A DNA stretch of 63,123 nucleotides, counting the filler, from Cercozoa sp. M6MM (taxonomy: Eukaryota; Protista; Endomyxa: Ascetosporea), in NCBI GenBank assembly GCA_040357565.1. It is 6 parts of 6 records of this genome, joined end to end, with 100 filler letters (N's around TTAATTAATTAA, not from the genome) between each part and the next. Parts side by side here need not be neighbours in the genome. Positions count along the whole stretch, not along the records: positions 1 to 17,597 come from JBDODJ010000262.1; 5 more parts are not named here. One strand, given 5' to 3'. Each line of letters begins with the position of its first letter. Within the stretch, counting starts at the first letter, position 1. A program made the translations under genes and the position numbers. A model generated the notes under the pieces. The model saw only the letters and a program-made list of their open reading frames with translations, did no database searches and was not told where the DNA came from. This document shows, piece by piece, positions 1 to 12,072 of this stretch.

Positions 1-30
1 CCCCCCACACACACACACTATGTTGAGTAG

Positions 31-2026
31 GCCTTCAAGGCGCAACGCAAGGCGCTCAAGAAGGGCAAGCTGCCGGCCGGTTTCGCGGGCCAGGAGGCGC
101 TGCAGAAGCTGCGCGCGGCCGCTGTGGTGGTTGAACAAGCTGCCTCGCGACTCGTGACGCCTGCCGACACTGAGACGGGTACCTGTGTCTTTATGCCTCT
201 GTATACATACACACATATCCCTCTGCATGTACCTCTATATATATATATATATATATACCTCTGTCTATACATGCCTTTGTATATACCTTTGTAGATATAC
301 TATATATATAGATATATACCTCTGTATACCTTGAGTCTGTACAGTGGCCAAGCACATGTTCGTTGCGGTCGGCAGTGCTGTGCAGAGTGTCGAGGTAGTC
401 TCAGGGGGGGGGGCGGTCCCATTCTCCACTTTACCCCCCCCCCCCCCTCGCACAGATTGCCAGTCAGTCAGTGGTGGACAGCTTCAGCGTCGATTCGGGT
501 GAGTGTCTACTGTCCTACTGTCCTACTGCCTACTGTCTGCTGTATGGACACACTGGTTTGGGCAGAAGTATCGACCGTGGCGGCATCGCGCGACGGCGCT
601 TTCGTCGGCGTCGGCAACGGCAACACGCTCAGCGTGCTGCGTGCCTCGAATGTAGTATAGTTTACCCCACACACGCACACACACACCCTACCTTCCTACC
701 TACTACCTGTGTAGGGAAAGCTGTCGCCCTACACTTCCTTCAGTTTCGCTGCTGGCGAGCAGGTAGAGTCTTTACCCCTTTACCCCCCTCCCCCTTACTA
801 CTAAGTGTCAGGTGGTGGCCGTGTCCAACCTGCCGGTGTCGTCGCTGATGCTCGTCGCTTGTGCTTCGGGCCATTGGGTAAGCTACCCACCTACCCCCTT
901 ACCCTTCTACCCCTCCTTGTAGGCGCTGTTGGACGTGTCGTCGCGTGCTGTGTGCTTCAAGGGAGTGCTGCCCTCGATGGACGAGTTGAAGGAGATCACG
1001 GATGCCTGGTACCAACTGCACTGCACTGACGGTGTGACTGGACACTGACTGACTGACTGACTGACGGTGTGTGTGTGTGTTCCCAGTGCGCACGTGGACG
1101 GTCAGCTGCTGCTGTTCGCGTCGAGCAGCGGCAAGCTCGGCGTGCTCGACCTCATGTCGGACCACGTACTGCCCTACCTACTGCCTACTGTCTACTACTG
1201 CCTACTGTCTCAAACAAACAAGTCTGGCCTGTGCAGAGTGAACTGCGTGCCATCCTTGACGCCAGTGAAGGTGTGCAACCCCTTTACCCCCGTCCTACCT
1301 CCTTTCCCCCCCCCCTCCCCCTCTGTACAGGTCTGGAAGCAGCGGCGGCTGCCGTGGTGCGTCCGTGTCAGCGCGTGGTGTCGTCCTTCTCGGTATGTCC
1401 TCCTCTGTCAGTCTACAGGTACGGCCTACCCCCCCTGGTGTGCGACAGGGCCGTCACGTGGCCGTGCTGCACGCGAACCAGCAGGTGAACCTGTGGAACC
1501 TCGAGACACTGCAGGTGCAGCAGCGCTTCGAACAGGCCTCGGCCGTCTGCTTCGACGACTGCGGTCTCCTCATGGCTGTTGCCACCACCGGCGACTGCAT
1601 CGACTTCTACTCGCTGCCGCAGGTTGCTTACTTTCTACCGCTTGCACCTTGCACACTTACCTTCTACCCTACCCTTCTACCTTTCCCTTATACCCTTCTA
1701 CCTTTCCCTTATACCCTTATACCTTTCCCTTATACCCTTATACCTATACCCTTACTCCCTCCCCCTGAGCAGAAGAAGTCGCAGCAGGTGTCGCAACTCG
1801 TGTCGCACGACGGCGCTGTCGATGGCGCTGCCTCAGGTACATACCCCCCCCCTTAGTAGTGTGCAATATCTAACTTGAGTAGAGCTCGCCTTTGCGCCGC
1901 TGTCGACTGCCTTCTTCGCTGTCAACAAGGGTACCCTCCTCGGGTGTAGTGATACACTAAGGTGACACATCAATCACTCTACTCTTATCTGTAGGCGAGG
2001 TGCACCAGTTTGCCGTGGGTGCCTAG
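31..2026 (+). CDS. Multi-exon WD40/beta-propeller-like protein, 5'-partial
   Basis: GC-rich exons bounded by GT-AG join in frame (VSTVAASRDGAFVGVGNGNTLSVL; LLLFASSSGKLGVLDL; QVNLWNLETLQ; CFDDCGLLMAVATTGDCIDFYSL); stop TAG 2024-2026. Confidence 0.6.
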
Positions 2027-2879
2027 ATACAGTCGGACTTCCCGTCTCACGGACTAAGCACTCTGCCTCAACTTGTCGTGTCTTGCATCCGCCCGTGCCC
2101 GAGCACATCATGTGCAACGTGCGTGGGTTGGCGCGGGTTATTTAGTTAGTTCGTTGAGTCTTCTAGGAAACCAACTATGTAGTTCCCCTGCATCAGTCCG
2201 GACTGATGCCATCGATGGTGCCGACACCAGTAGACACACGACGTGCTGCTCGACATCCGCGCGGCGCTGCTGCCACGCCATCTGTGATCATTCACACGCT
2301 CACGCAAGTCAGATGTACGTACACACACAGACAGCTCAACCTAACGAGACGGTCGAGATGGCGTTCCGCTCAAAAGACTACTCGGGCACTCCAGCCGTTT
2401 CGGTCAAAGCGCGCAAAAAGCTGACGCAACTAGGAGTTTTTCATTTCGTTCGCAACTTGTAAAAGCGTCGAACGGACAGTCAGCGCTGCCGCTGATCGAC
2501 TAGGTTTAGCCGCTATATTCTTTATCGTCGCTACTGTTCGCGGTTTCGTCCCCTTCCACGCGAACACCGGTACCGGGCTGATGGATGGACCCAGTTGTCA
2601 CAACTTTCTTTTTCTGCTTTACAGCCGACTGGCTGGAGACGGAAGGCTATAGTACACGCAGTGGCTTGATAGCTTCCTCTCTCTCCTTCTCTCTCTCTCT
2701 CTCAAATGTTGGCTGGTTTTCAAGCTTTGTCAGTGGGGTCGAAGTTCCAGTCGGGAAGATTCAGAGTCGGTGTTCGGTACTTTGCGCGCGCACGCGCCAA
2801 CGCACGTATGCGACGACTCCGTCCGAATAGTCCTGTCGTCATGACCATCAACCTCTGGCTACGGAGGCCACCTGCACGT

Positions 2880-3182
2880 ATGGCATCGTCTGGCATGAGT
2901 CGGTCTCGATCGCCCCGGACCGAAGCAAAGCCGGAAAAGGAATGCGAGAACTGCAATCGACTGGCCGAAAAACTGCTGCAGTGTACGCTCGAAAAGACCG
3001 GGCTCGACCTCGCTAACGCAATTATCTTTGGAGGTCTGTTCGGTATTTTCGTCGGTTGGGTCATTTCATCCCTAGTCTGTAAGTCAAGACTTCAAGTTCA
3101 CAACACAAATAATGTGCATGCGCTATTTTGCGAGATGCGTCTTTTATTCTGCCTGGACAGTCTAGCGTTTCCGTTCCGTTGA
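2880..3182 (+). CDS. Small hypothetical single-pass membrane protein (3' end uncertain)
   Basis: ATG 2880; CxxC followed by hydrophobic segment AIIFGGLFGIFVGWVISSLV. Confidence 0.3.
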   Translation: MASSGMSRSRSPRTEAKPEKECENCNRLAEKLLQCTLEKTGLDLANAIIFGGLFGIFVGWVISSLVCKSRLQVHNTNNVHALFCEMRLLFCLDSLAFPFR

Positions 3183-3759
3183 ATGGCTTCAAACCAGAAG
3201 ACTCGTCTCGTTCGTTTCTTTGCGTGTCGCTGTCAACATCAAACAACCTACTTAAGTTTAAACTTGCTTCCTCCGGTGGAAGCACGTATCGGTCATGCCA
3301 AATCAGAATTGAAGTGTTTTGCTAAGGTTGAGAGCTGGTATCTTGACCATTGAGTGTTGCCTAGCCTGATGCCTTGTGTTTTGGTAGAGTGGCGAGCAGC
3401 TTGAAACTGCTGCAGTTCAAAACAGCCCTCTTTCCAGATATCAGGTATATTTAAACTTAAATTTACCTCAAAGGAAACCGTGTTTGTTGACACCAAAGCA
3501 CTGGCTTACGCTATCTTGAGTAGGCAGGGTTTTTTGTTTGTTGAATCCTTTGAACAAACTCCTCTCTTCTGATATCTTTCGGCTTGTTGAGACGACTTAA
3601 GTTAACGCCCTTACATTCTTACTTTCATTTAGTCGTTGTTTGCACTAAAATCACATTGACAATCTCACTAGGAAACATACTGGTTTGCCATACAGTAGCA
3701 GTGAGTCAAACTATTTCAACCTGCCTATCAAGTGAGACGTCTCTGCCACACAGCTCGGG

Positions 3760-4694
3760 CTAGCCCTCGGTAGCAAAGGTCGACGTCTCGACCGCCAGGG
3801 ACAAGGAGTCACCGTGCCCTACCGTCGGCGCAGTCGCCAGGCCGAGCAACTGCTCGGCAACTTGCACTGTCTCGATGCGTTGTTTCTCGCCCTGCATTGC
3901 ACACACACCAGTATACACAGGAAAGAAAGGACTCGCCAAGTATACCTCTTTGGCCTCCTTGCGCAAATTGATAGTTCGAGCAAGCAGTTCCTCTGTCGGC
4001 AAGTGCGTGTGCAGGTGCACTTTGAGCGACAGCGAGTGCGCTTTCTCCTGCCAACAACACAAGGTGGTGTTTCCAAAGACCGGCGGTGGTATCTACGACG
4101 AGTTGTGGAAAGACCCACCGCTCTGACTTGTTGCAGTCGTCGTTCCAGCTTGGCGCTGACGGCCGACGCCACGACAGGTTCGAAGGCCGTGTCGCGCGCC
4201 AGTTGCTCGCGTTTTCGCGCCGATTCGTGCCGCAACTGCAACAAAACAAGTTGTTTCGATAGTTTACAAAAAGGTACGCACAGTGACGGACCCGTTCGGC
4301 CGTCATCAGTCTCAGCAAGTAGTCGCTCATCTGCGTGTCCTCTTGTGTAACACACCTATGCTCAGTTCCAGTCAGTGTGGGTATTCCCAGGTCAAGAGTC
4401 ATAAGGAGAGTGTGATACCGACGTGCCACTTCCTGTTGGCACTGCTGCGTGACCTGTTCGTTGCGTCGATTCAGAGTGCGCAGCACTTGCAGGTCGCTCC
4501 GACTCTCGCTGTGCCTCTGTGGGTCTGCAAGCCATCGGATAAAAGTGTGTGGTCTAACAAGAATGTGGAATGTGCAGTGCATGCACACTGGACACGGATA
4601 GTACCATTGCGATCGCGCATGTTGTCGGCGAGCTTGCGTCGAATCAGCGAGTCGCAAGACGCGTGGATTTCCGCCGCTGCTCATGTTCGATTAA

Positions 4695-4745
<51 letters not shown>

Positions 4746-4755
4746 NNNNNNNNNN

Positions 4756-4837
<82 letters not shown>

Positions 4838-6111
4838 GCGCACACGGACACACACACAAACACACCGCGCACACACAGATTACCGATATCGCCGAGACGA
4901 CGTTGGCACTGCTCGCGTCCAGCGGCGTCGAAGCTACGTCTGGCGTCCGTGTTGACTTTGTCACCCAGGAAGTTCAGCTTTCGCATCGCTGGGAGGATAC
5001 ATACGGCAAGTAACCATCCATCATGTCGGTCGCAAGATAGAAAGTATCAAGAGCCGTCTGGTACCTTCGGAAGTCGACACGGAAAGCGGCATGGCGAACC
5101 TCACGTGACTCTTTAGCGAACGCGCGTAGTCAAGTTCCCATTTGCTGGAAGCACATACGAGTATATTACCCAGGGATGTACAAGTTTGCATCGTACTTAT
5201 CCAGCATAAAACGGGTCAGCAGAAGCGAGGAAGGCTGCCCGTAAGGCACGCTACGAACACTGCAAGGCACGCGCTTGCCCACGAAGGCCTTCCGCATTCG
5301 CACGTGCGGTCTGTCTCATACGTTAATAAACGAGTAAATTTAATATACGTGGGGAGGAGTTACCGCTTCTGTTTGATGAGTTCGGCCGCTCGTTCGAACA
5401 TGGTCTCGGAGTACTCTTCCTTTTGGAGCAGTGCAAGCTCCTGCAGACAACATAGGCGCAGGAACACGGACATATGTAAGTTATGTTTAACTCAGGAGAG
5501 ATGTTTGTGAAAGCACCTTTTGCGACAGCCACGTGGACAGCACGGCGTCGATCTCCTTCACTGGCGCTAGTCCACTGGTCCACAATGTTGCCAGCTCGAG
5601 TGCCAGCTGAGCCAGGTCGTCCTTGAACACGACCTGCAGTAGGTTGAGTTTGCGCCGCGGATCGAGTTCGCAGTGCGCCGAGTAGGGACAGCCCACACCT
5701 AAACACGCGCGTTTCCAATCTCCATCTAAGCAAACGAAGCAACTTAGTTACATAATGAGTAGAAGACGGTCTGCGCCCACAGTCGAGGCACCGTGCGCAC
5801 CAGCAGTGCAGTGTAGTTTCGCCGACATGTCTTCTTGCACGCCGGCACGCGCTTCTCGATTTCCATGCGCAGGTGCAGCACCAGTGCCACATAGTGCTTC
5901 TATAGAAGACACAGCATATCCTCTCTGTCAAATTAAACACTCAGTTAGTTAATACCGCCATACGCGAGAACATAGCGTCCCAGCATTGAGCGGAGAAGTC
6001 TCCCTCCGCGTACAGTGTGCACATGAGGTACCAGAAGTCACACACGAGGGCGACAAAGTGTTCATTATCCTTTGCATGTACCCAAGCATGACATGTTAAC
6101 AATCTATAGCA

Positions 6112-6186
<75 letters not shown>

Positions 6187-6286
6187 NNNNNNNNNNNNNN
6201 NNNNNNNNNNNNNNNNNNNNNNNNNNNNNNNNNNNNNNNNNNNNNNNNNNNNNNNNNNNNNNNNNNNNNNNNNNNNNNNNNNNNNN

Positions 6287-6333
<47 letters not shown>

Positions 6334-7587
6334 CACTAGGATCTGAGTAAAAGCAAGTGACTGGTTGTCCTCTTCAAACTCTGATGTGACACTCGTGGCC
6401 GTTGTTGTCACCGAAGAAAAGTCTGAAGAATAAACGTCAGTGTAAATTACACCGCAAGCAACATGCACAACTAACAGCTACTGCACGAACACTCAGTGTA
6501 CCAGTGCAGTCACTAAGTGCAGTCAAAGCGAGAATACGGTCGAGTTGAATACGGTGCGGGAGTGGCAGCACCTCGTGTTGCAGCACATCTTCGAACAGCG
6601 CTTGTTGCGACACGTATCTCACGCACTTGCCGTCCAGTACTTCGCTGTTTAGCTACAGGATAGGAGGATGATAGATTGGACATGTATGAACCCGCTAAAC
6701 AGCCCACACCATGCGAAGCCGCCGGTTGGAGTTCTCGCTTTCCAACTCGAAACTACTGCGGCGGTGCAGCGGATCGCAATCGAGCTGAGTGAGGAAAGTG
6801 CGCACCTCCTCGCTGCCACACTCGTCGAGGTACCACTGCGAGGCTGCTGGAGGCGTCGGTGGCCGAAGAGCCTCGGGCTGTGGTGCATGCAGTCGAAACT
6901 GCGTGGCCTCGTAGTCCTCGCTCTCGTTGAGCACTCCGACGCCCTGCAGCACGCGCTGCGTCAGCTCTCGCGCCACCTGTGCCGTGTTGTCTGCCTCCAG
7001 ACCGCGAAGCGTCTCGTCCACTGCAGTGGGCCAGCGCACTCGCGTGAAGGCAAGCTGACTGCTGGGACCGGCACTGCGTTGCGTTTTGAGTGGCATCGTG
7101 TTGAGCTTTAACCACGGTAAGCCCACACTAGAGCTACTCTGGTTGAAGCTTAAGGCAACTAAGTTCAGTATCAACCTAGAACATTTTTGGTGAGTCGAGG
7201 ACTCGGAATGTCGATGCTCTGTACCTTTGTCGCTCTCACGGAAGGGTGCGAGGGCACGTGTTACGTTGAGAAAGTGTTCATTCGAGAGTTCTTTTGTCGG
7301 AAGGAGATTTGATTCGCTTAAGCTTGCTTCGGAAGGCAAGCTGAGACAGGTTGATGGATTGTCAGAGAGGCGCCGCAATGAACTGCTTCGCAGTTTCAGT
7401 GCTCTGCCGACATCGGGATCTTGCGGCATGTAATAGCTGAGAGCGCTGACGGCCGCAAACCTAGCGGCTTCATCACCAGGTTCGATATTTGAAGAAACGC
7501 TCCAGAAAACTGTTAACCTGGATTGAATTGCCTGATTCCTTTGGGCACGGGGAGTGCTGGTACTTGAAAGCGAGGCCAATAGGTCAT
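3760..7587 (-). CDS. Large multi-exon hypothetical protein
   Basis: Long exon within ORF 6695-7618 plus further helical-looking exons down to stop at 3760; plausible ATG 7587 with a 32-nt in-frame intron; no family recognised. Confidence 0.45.
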
Positions 7588-7736
7588 GAAAGCCTTCTCC
7601 CAACAAGTTCCAAAACACTCGAAAACTTGGGCTCAGAGCAAAAGCGAGCCGACAACCGGAGATATTGTAGCCGCCCCCAAGTCTCAGCCCCGTGACGGCC
7701 GCCTATAACCCTGCGGTGTGTGCGTTGTAGATCACG

Positions 7737-9101
7737 ATGTTTGTGCTCTTTGAGACGCCTTCTGGCCACGCGCTTTTCTCCCTTGACGGGAAGACTGAGA
7801 AGTCGCTCAAGAAGGGCCAGCTGGGTGCCGATGCGTTCGCAACATCCCGTGACGCTGCCAAGGCTCTGCAGCTTGTCGGTTTCGGCAAGTTCGCCGACAC
7901 TGGTGATGCCATGGCCACCGGTACCATATTTCTGTCATTTTTGTGATCGCGTGTTGCGTTTTTCTCAAACAACCTTTGTTTGCTGGCTTTTCTTAAACAA
8001 CCTTTAATGCAGCTACGTCGATCGCTGAGGGTAAGGTCAGCGATGGCATGCGCAAGTTCCTGCAGAAGGAGTTGCTTGACGAGAAGAAGCGCGCTGCCGA
8101 GAAGGTGCGTATCCTTTCTGTCTTTGCTTCTGTTAGATTTTTTTGACATCGTATTGTCTCGCAGGTTCTCATCGATGACCTGAAGCTCGTGAGCTCGATC
8201 AAGGCCGAGTTGCCCGTACGTTCTCGCTTCGTATTTGTGTTTGTGGTGTATTTGTGTTTGTGGTGTCTTTGTGTTTGTGGTGTATTTGTGTTTTCATGTT
8301 TGTTGTCTGGCTTTAGGGTGTCGCTGCTGTCGCTGGCGACGAGTACAAGGCGCTCTTCCGTGGCATCCGCGCGGTAGCGATCACTTTGAGTTGCACAGCA
8401 TAAACATTGGTGTTTGAACATGCGTGTTGGTTGCAGCACCTGTCGACGCTCCTCGGTGGCATCGACGAGAACCAGCTCACTGCCATGAAGATGGTATGTT
8501 GTGCGAAGTTTGCTCTTTTGACACGCATGCACATGTGTTTCCTTAGGGTCTGGCGCACTCGCTGTCGCGTTTCGCCATCAAGTTCTCGCCGGACAAGGTG
8601 GACACGATGATCATCCAGGCCATCTCGCTGCTGGACGAGACGCAGAAGCAGCTCAACACGTACGCCATGCGCGTGCGCGAGTGGTACGGCTTCCACTTCC
8701 CGGAGATGGCCAAGGTCGTCAACGACAACATCGCGTACGCCAAGCTGGTGCTCAAGATCGGACAGCGCGTCAACCTCGTGTCGGCCGAGAGTCTCGACCT
8801 GTCCGACATCCTGTCGGAGGAGGTCGAGAAGGAGCTCAAGGAGGAGGCCCACGTTTCTGTGGTACCGCTGCAGAAGCTATAGTTCCATCGTCTCTCTAGA
8901 TATGTGTCTCTGGATATGTGTCTCCGTGTCTGCTTGACGCTTGATAGGGTCATGAGATCTCCGAGGACGATCTCGACTACTGCCAGCGTCTGTGCAAACA
9001 GGTGCTCGGCATCTACGAGCAGCGACAGCAGCTCGAGGAGTACCTCAACAACCGCATGCGCGCTATTGCGCCCAACCTCACGGTAGGCCCTCCTTTTCTC
9101 T

Positions 9102-9151
<50 letters not shown>

Positions 9152-9560
9152 TCTTTTACTTTGCTGTACAGGTCGTGCTCGGTGAGCTGCTCGGCGCTCG
9201 TCTGATTGCCAAGGTGCCTCTCGCCTGTCTGCAGGGCCAGTATCTGGTTTACTTCCCTCCCTGTATGTAGGCTGGCTCGCTGATGAACCTGGCCAAGGCG
9301 CCGGCTTCGACCATTCAGATCATGGGTGCTGAGAAGGCGCTTTTCGCCGCCCTCAAGGCGCGCACTCGCGAGGTCAAGACGCCCAAGTACGGTACCATCC
9401 ATCTACCTGTGTTTGTGTTTGTGTTTGTGTTTGTGTTTGTGTTATACTACTTGTGTGCTTGCTCTGGCAGGTCTGATCTACCACGCGTCGCTCGTGGGCC
9501 AGGCGCCGCCGCAGTTCAAGGGCCGCATGTCGCGTTCCACCGCTGCTGGTACATAAATAA

Positions 9561-9603
<43 letters not shown>

Positions 9604-10423
9604 TGGCACATAAATAGTCTAATACGTATATGTATATGTATATATATATTTATTTATTTATTTATTTATTTTTTGGTATGTGTATAACATAACACTGTGT
9701 GACCACGTGTCTATCCTTTACCCCTTCACTGCCCCTGATGGACACGAACAGGTGCCGCTCTGGCTGCTCGTGTCGATGCACTCGGCGAGGCCACCGAGGC
9801 CACGATTGGTTTCGAGCGACGTGCCAAGCTCGACGACCGGTTGCACTTCCTCAAGACGGGCGAGCAGCGCAAGAGCAGCGGCAGCGGCCGCGGTGCCGAG
9901 CAGCAGACCAAGGTAGCTGCCCGTTCTGACACAGGTGCCTTGTGTGATGATGTTTCCCTGTGTGTGAGGGTAGGTGGACACGAAGGCGCGCACGACGTAC
10001 AATGCCGCCGCCGACTCGACGCTGATCTCGCTCAAGAAGGACAAGAAGGAGAGCGACAAGATGCAGGACGAGGAGCAGGAGGAGCGCGTCGAGGCCGGTT
10101 CCAAGCGTGCCAAGCCGTCTGCCGACGAGGACGAGGACGAGAGCGACAACGAGGCCGAGGCTGAGGGTATTGTGAGGCTCATACTCACACACACATATAC
10201 ATTCTACATACTTGTAAATGTATATATATATATATATTTAGTTGAGGAGCCCGCCAAGAAGAAGCAGAAGAAGAAGGACAAGTCCAAGAAGAAGAAGGAC
10301 AAGAAGGAGAAGAAGGACAAGTCGGCCAAGAAGAAGGAAAAGAAGGAGAAGAAGGAGAAGAAGGACAAGTCCAAGAAGAAGAAGGACAAGTCCTCCAAGA
10401 AGAAGTCCAAGAAGAGCGAGTAA
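7737..10423 (+). CDS. NOP58: Nucleolar protein 58, box C/D snoRNP core protein
   Basis: [14 protein letters not shown]; [31 protein letters not shown]; [16 protein letters not shown]; [19 protein letters not shown]; [15 protein letters not shown]; KKD/E-rich tail; TAA 10421-10423. Confidence 0.95.
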
Positions 10424-10910
10424 GCCTTGTAGAACGACTCATTCCGCAACCGACACGCAACACCGCAGCTGTTTTGCAGCCTCGCTTATAATAATTTATC
10501 AACTGCACCCAGCTGGTCGGGTGAAGTTGCCATGCAGCTTGTACGACTTAAAGTTAAGGAAGTGTAAGCGAGTTCCGTTCCTTGTTACGGCAGAGCGTTT
10601 CTCAACCTGTTAAGTTGTCATCTGACTACTCGTCAGCGCGGACGATCAAATCCGAACCAGTATGGTTAGATTAATAGTGAAGGATTTGTTTTGCTAGACC
10701 ATACTCCTGGCTTAAGTCCAGCTTTCTACAGCTCACGCACTTCGACTGCGCCATCAACAAGCCTCCGAGCTTTTGACGACCTTTTCTACAAGGGTATATC
10801 TTCTAATCCTCCGCATCGACGCCATTCTAACTGACGTGTTACTTCCTTTATTTAGTCCTCTTCAAATACCTTAGTTACTGATTTCCATACCGTAACATCC
10901 TTCATTGACA

Positions 10911-11896
10911 TCAAGACTCGAGCGCGGTCGGAACCTCGGCCTCATCGTCGGTGGTTTCGACTTCCGCTTCCTCGTGTTCGGGCAGGACAGTCTGCGCGGT
11001 GCCGTTATCGGCGACAGCGTCGGTCTCGGTCGGCTCACTGTCAGTGGCGGACTCGGGTTCCTCTGCCTCCGGATCCTCGTCGACTTGCTGCTGTGCGCGC
11101 AGGATATCGTTGAAAGAGACCTGCCCCTGTACAACCAAATACTCGGTATCAGCGACACTTGCGATGACCATACAGAAAGGTGAGAGCGCACCTTTTTGAT
11201 GGCACGCATGACTGTTCGCTTCTCACGCTCGCGCATCGTGTTGAGCACCTGCCAGACGAGGTCCTCGTTCTCTGGGTCCGGGTCACTGTACACAGACATT
11301 CCTCTCAATTTCACTCTGTCCCAAGGGACTCAGAAACAACGCACTGCATGATGAGGTCGTCACACGGTTGCTTGCACTTGGCGCAAATCTTCAACTCGGC
11401 GACGCAATCGGAGCAGACAGAAACCTGCACGCATACAGTCGATCAGTCTGTCTCGAACAAAGCCGTCCGCACAGAAAGGAGCCATACGTAGGGCAGCTTG
11501 ATCTTGCGCAGCTCGCACTTCTCGCAGCGGCGCATCGTCGTTAGGGGCTTGTACTTTCTGTAGTCCTGTGCCAGCACCACATTCCTACGTTCACTCAGTT
11601 CCCAACCATTGCTAAAACAAGAAACGCACCTTTCGCCACTGTAGAATCTGCGCACACCGACCGCACACGTCCGTGATCGGCATCGATTCGATCCGCGCAC
11701 TCTTTGCACTGTACATAAACCTGATAGGTGCTCATACACCAGTTCAGCAGAGTGAATTACCTGAAAGCATTGTGCTTGAACTTGGTTTTGTTCTGTCGGG
11801 AAACACAAATACGATGAGATCAGCCGCGCATCAGAAAATAATCTCATGTCAAACCTGATGCTTCTGGCCTCTGCCCTTCTTCTTCTTTGGCGGCAT
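10911..11896 (-). CDS. C9orf85/DUF2039 family Cys-rich protein
   Basis: Spliced MPPKKKKGRGQKHQ-NKTKFKHNAF; YRKYKPLTTMRRCEKCELRKIKLPY; ELKICAKC; acidic tail. Confidence 0.8.
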
Positions 11897-12072
11897 TGTA
11901 ACAAAGCACTGTCAGCTCCTGCCTACGCGTCCATTAAGTGCAGAACACCCCGAATTGGCTACACTTGGGGTGGCTACAATCTGTCAAGACAGGTTTCCAT
12001 CGGTGTATCGTCGCTATTTAGAGGACCGGGCGCTCAATTTGACTGTTGAGGAGTACTTTACCATCATCAGGA

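Noticed and set aside
4700-6330. HTHT/CVCV ORFs
   Set aside because: Translations of intronic (CA)n microsatellites around gaps
9549-9973. snoRNAs in NOP58 introns
   Set aside because: An isolated CTGA in one intron and GTGATGA in another, but no paired C and D boxes within one intron
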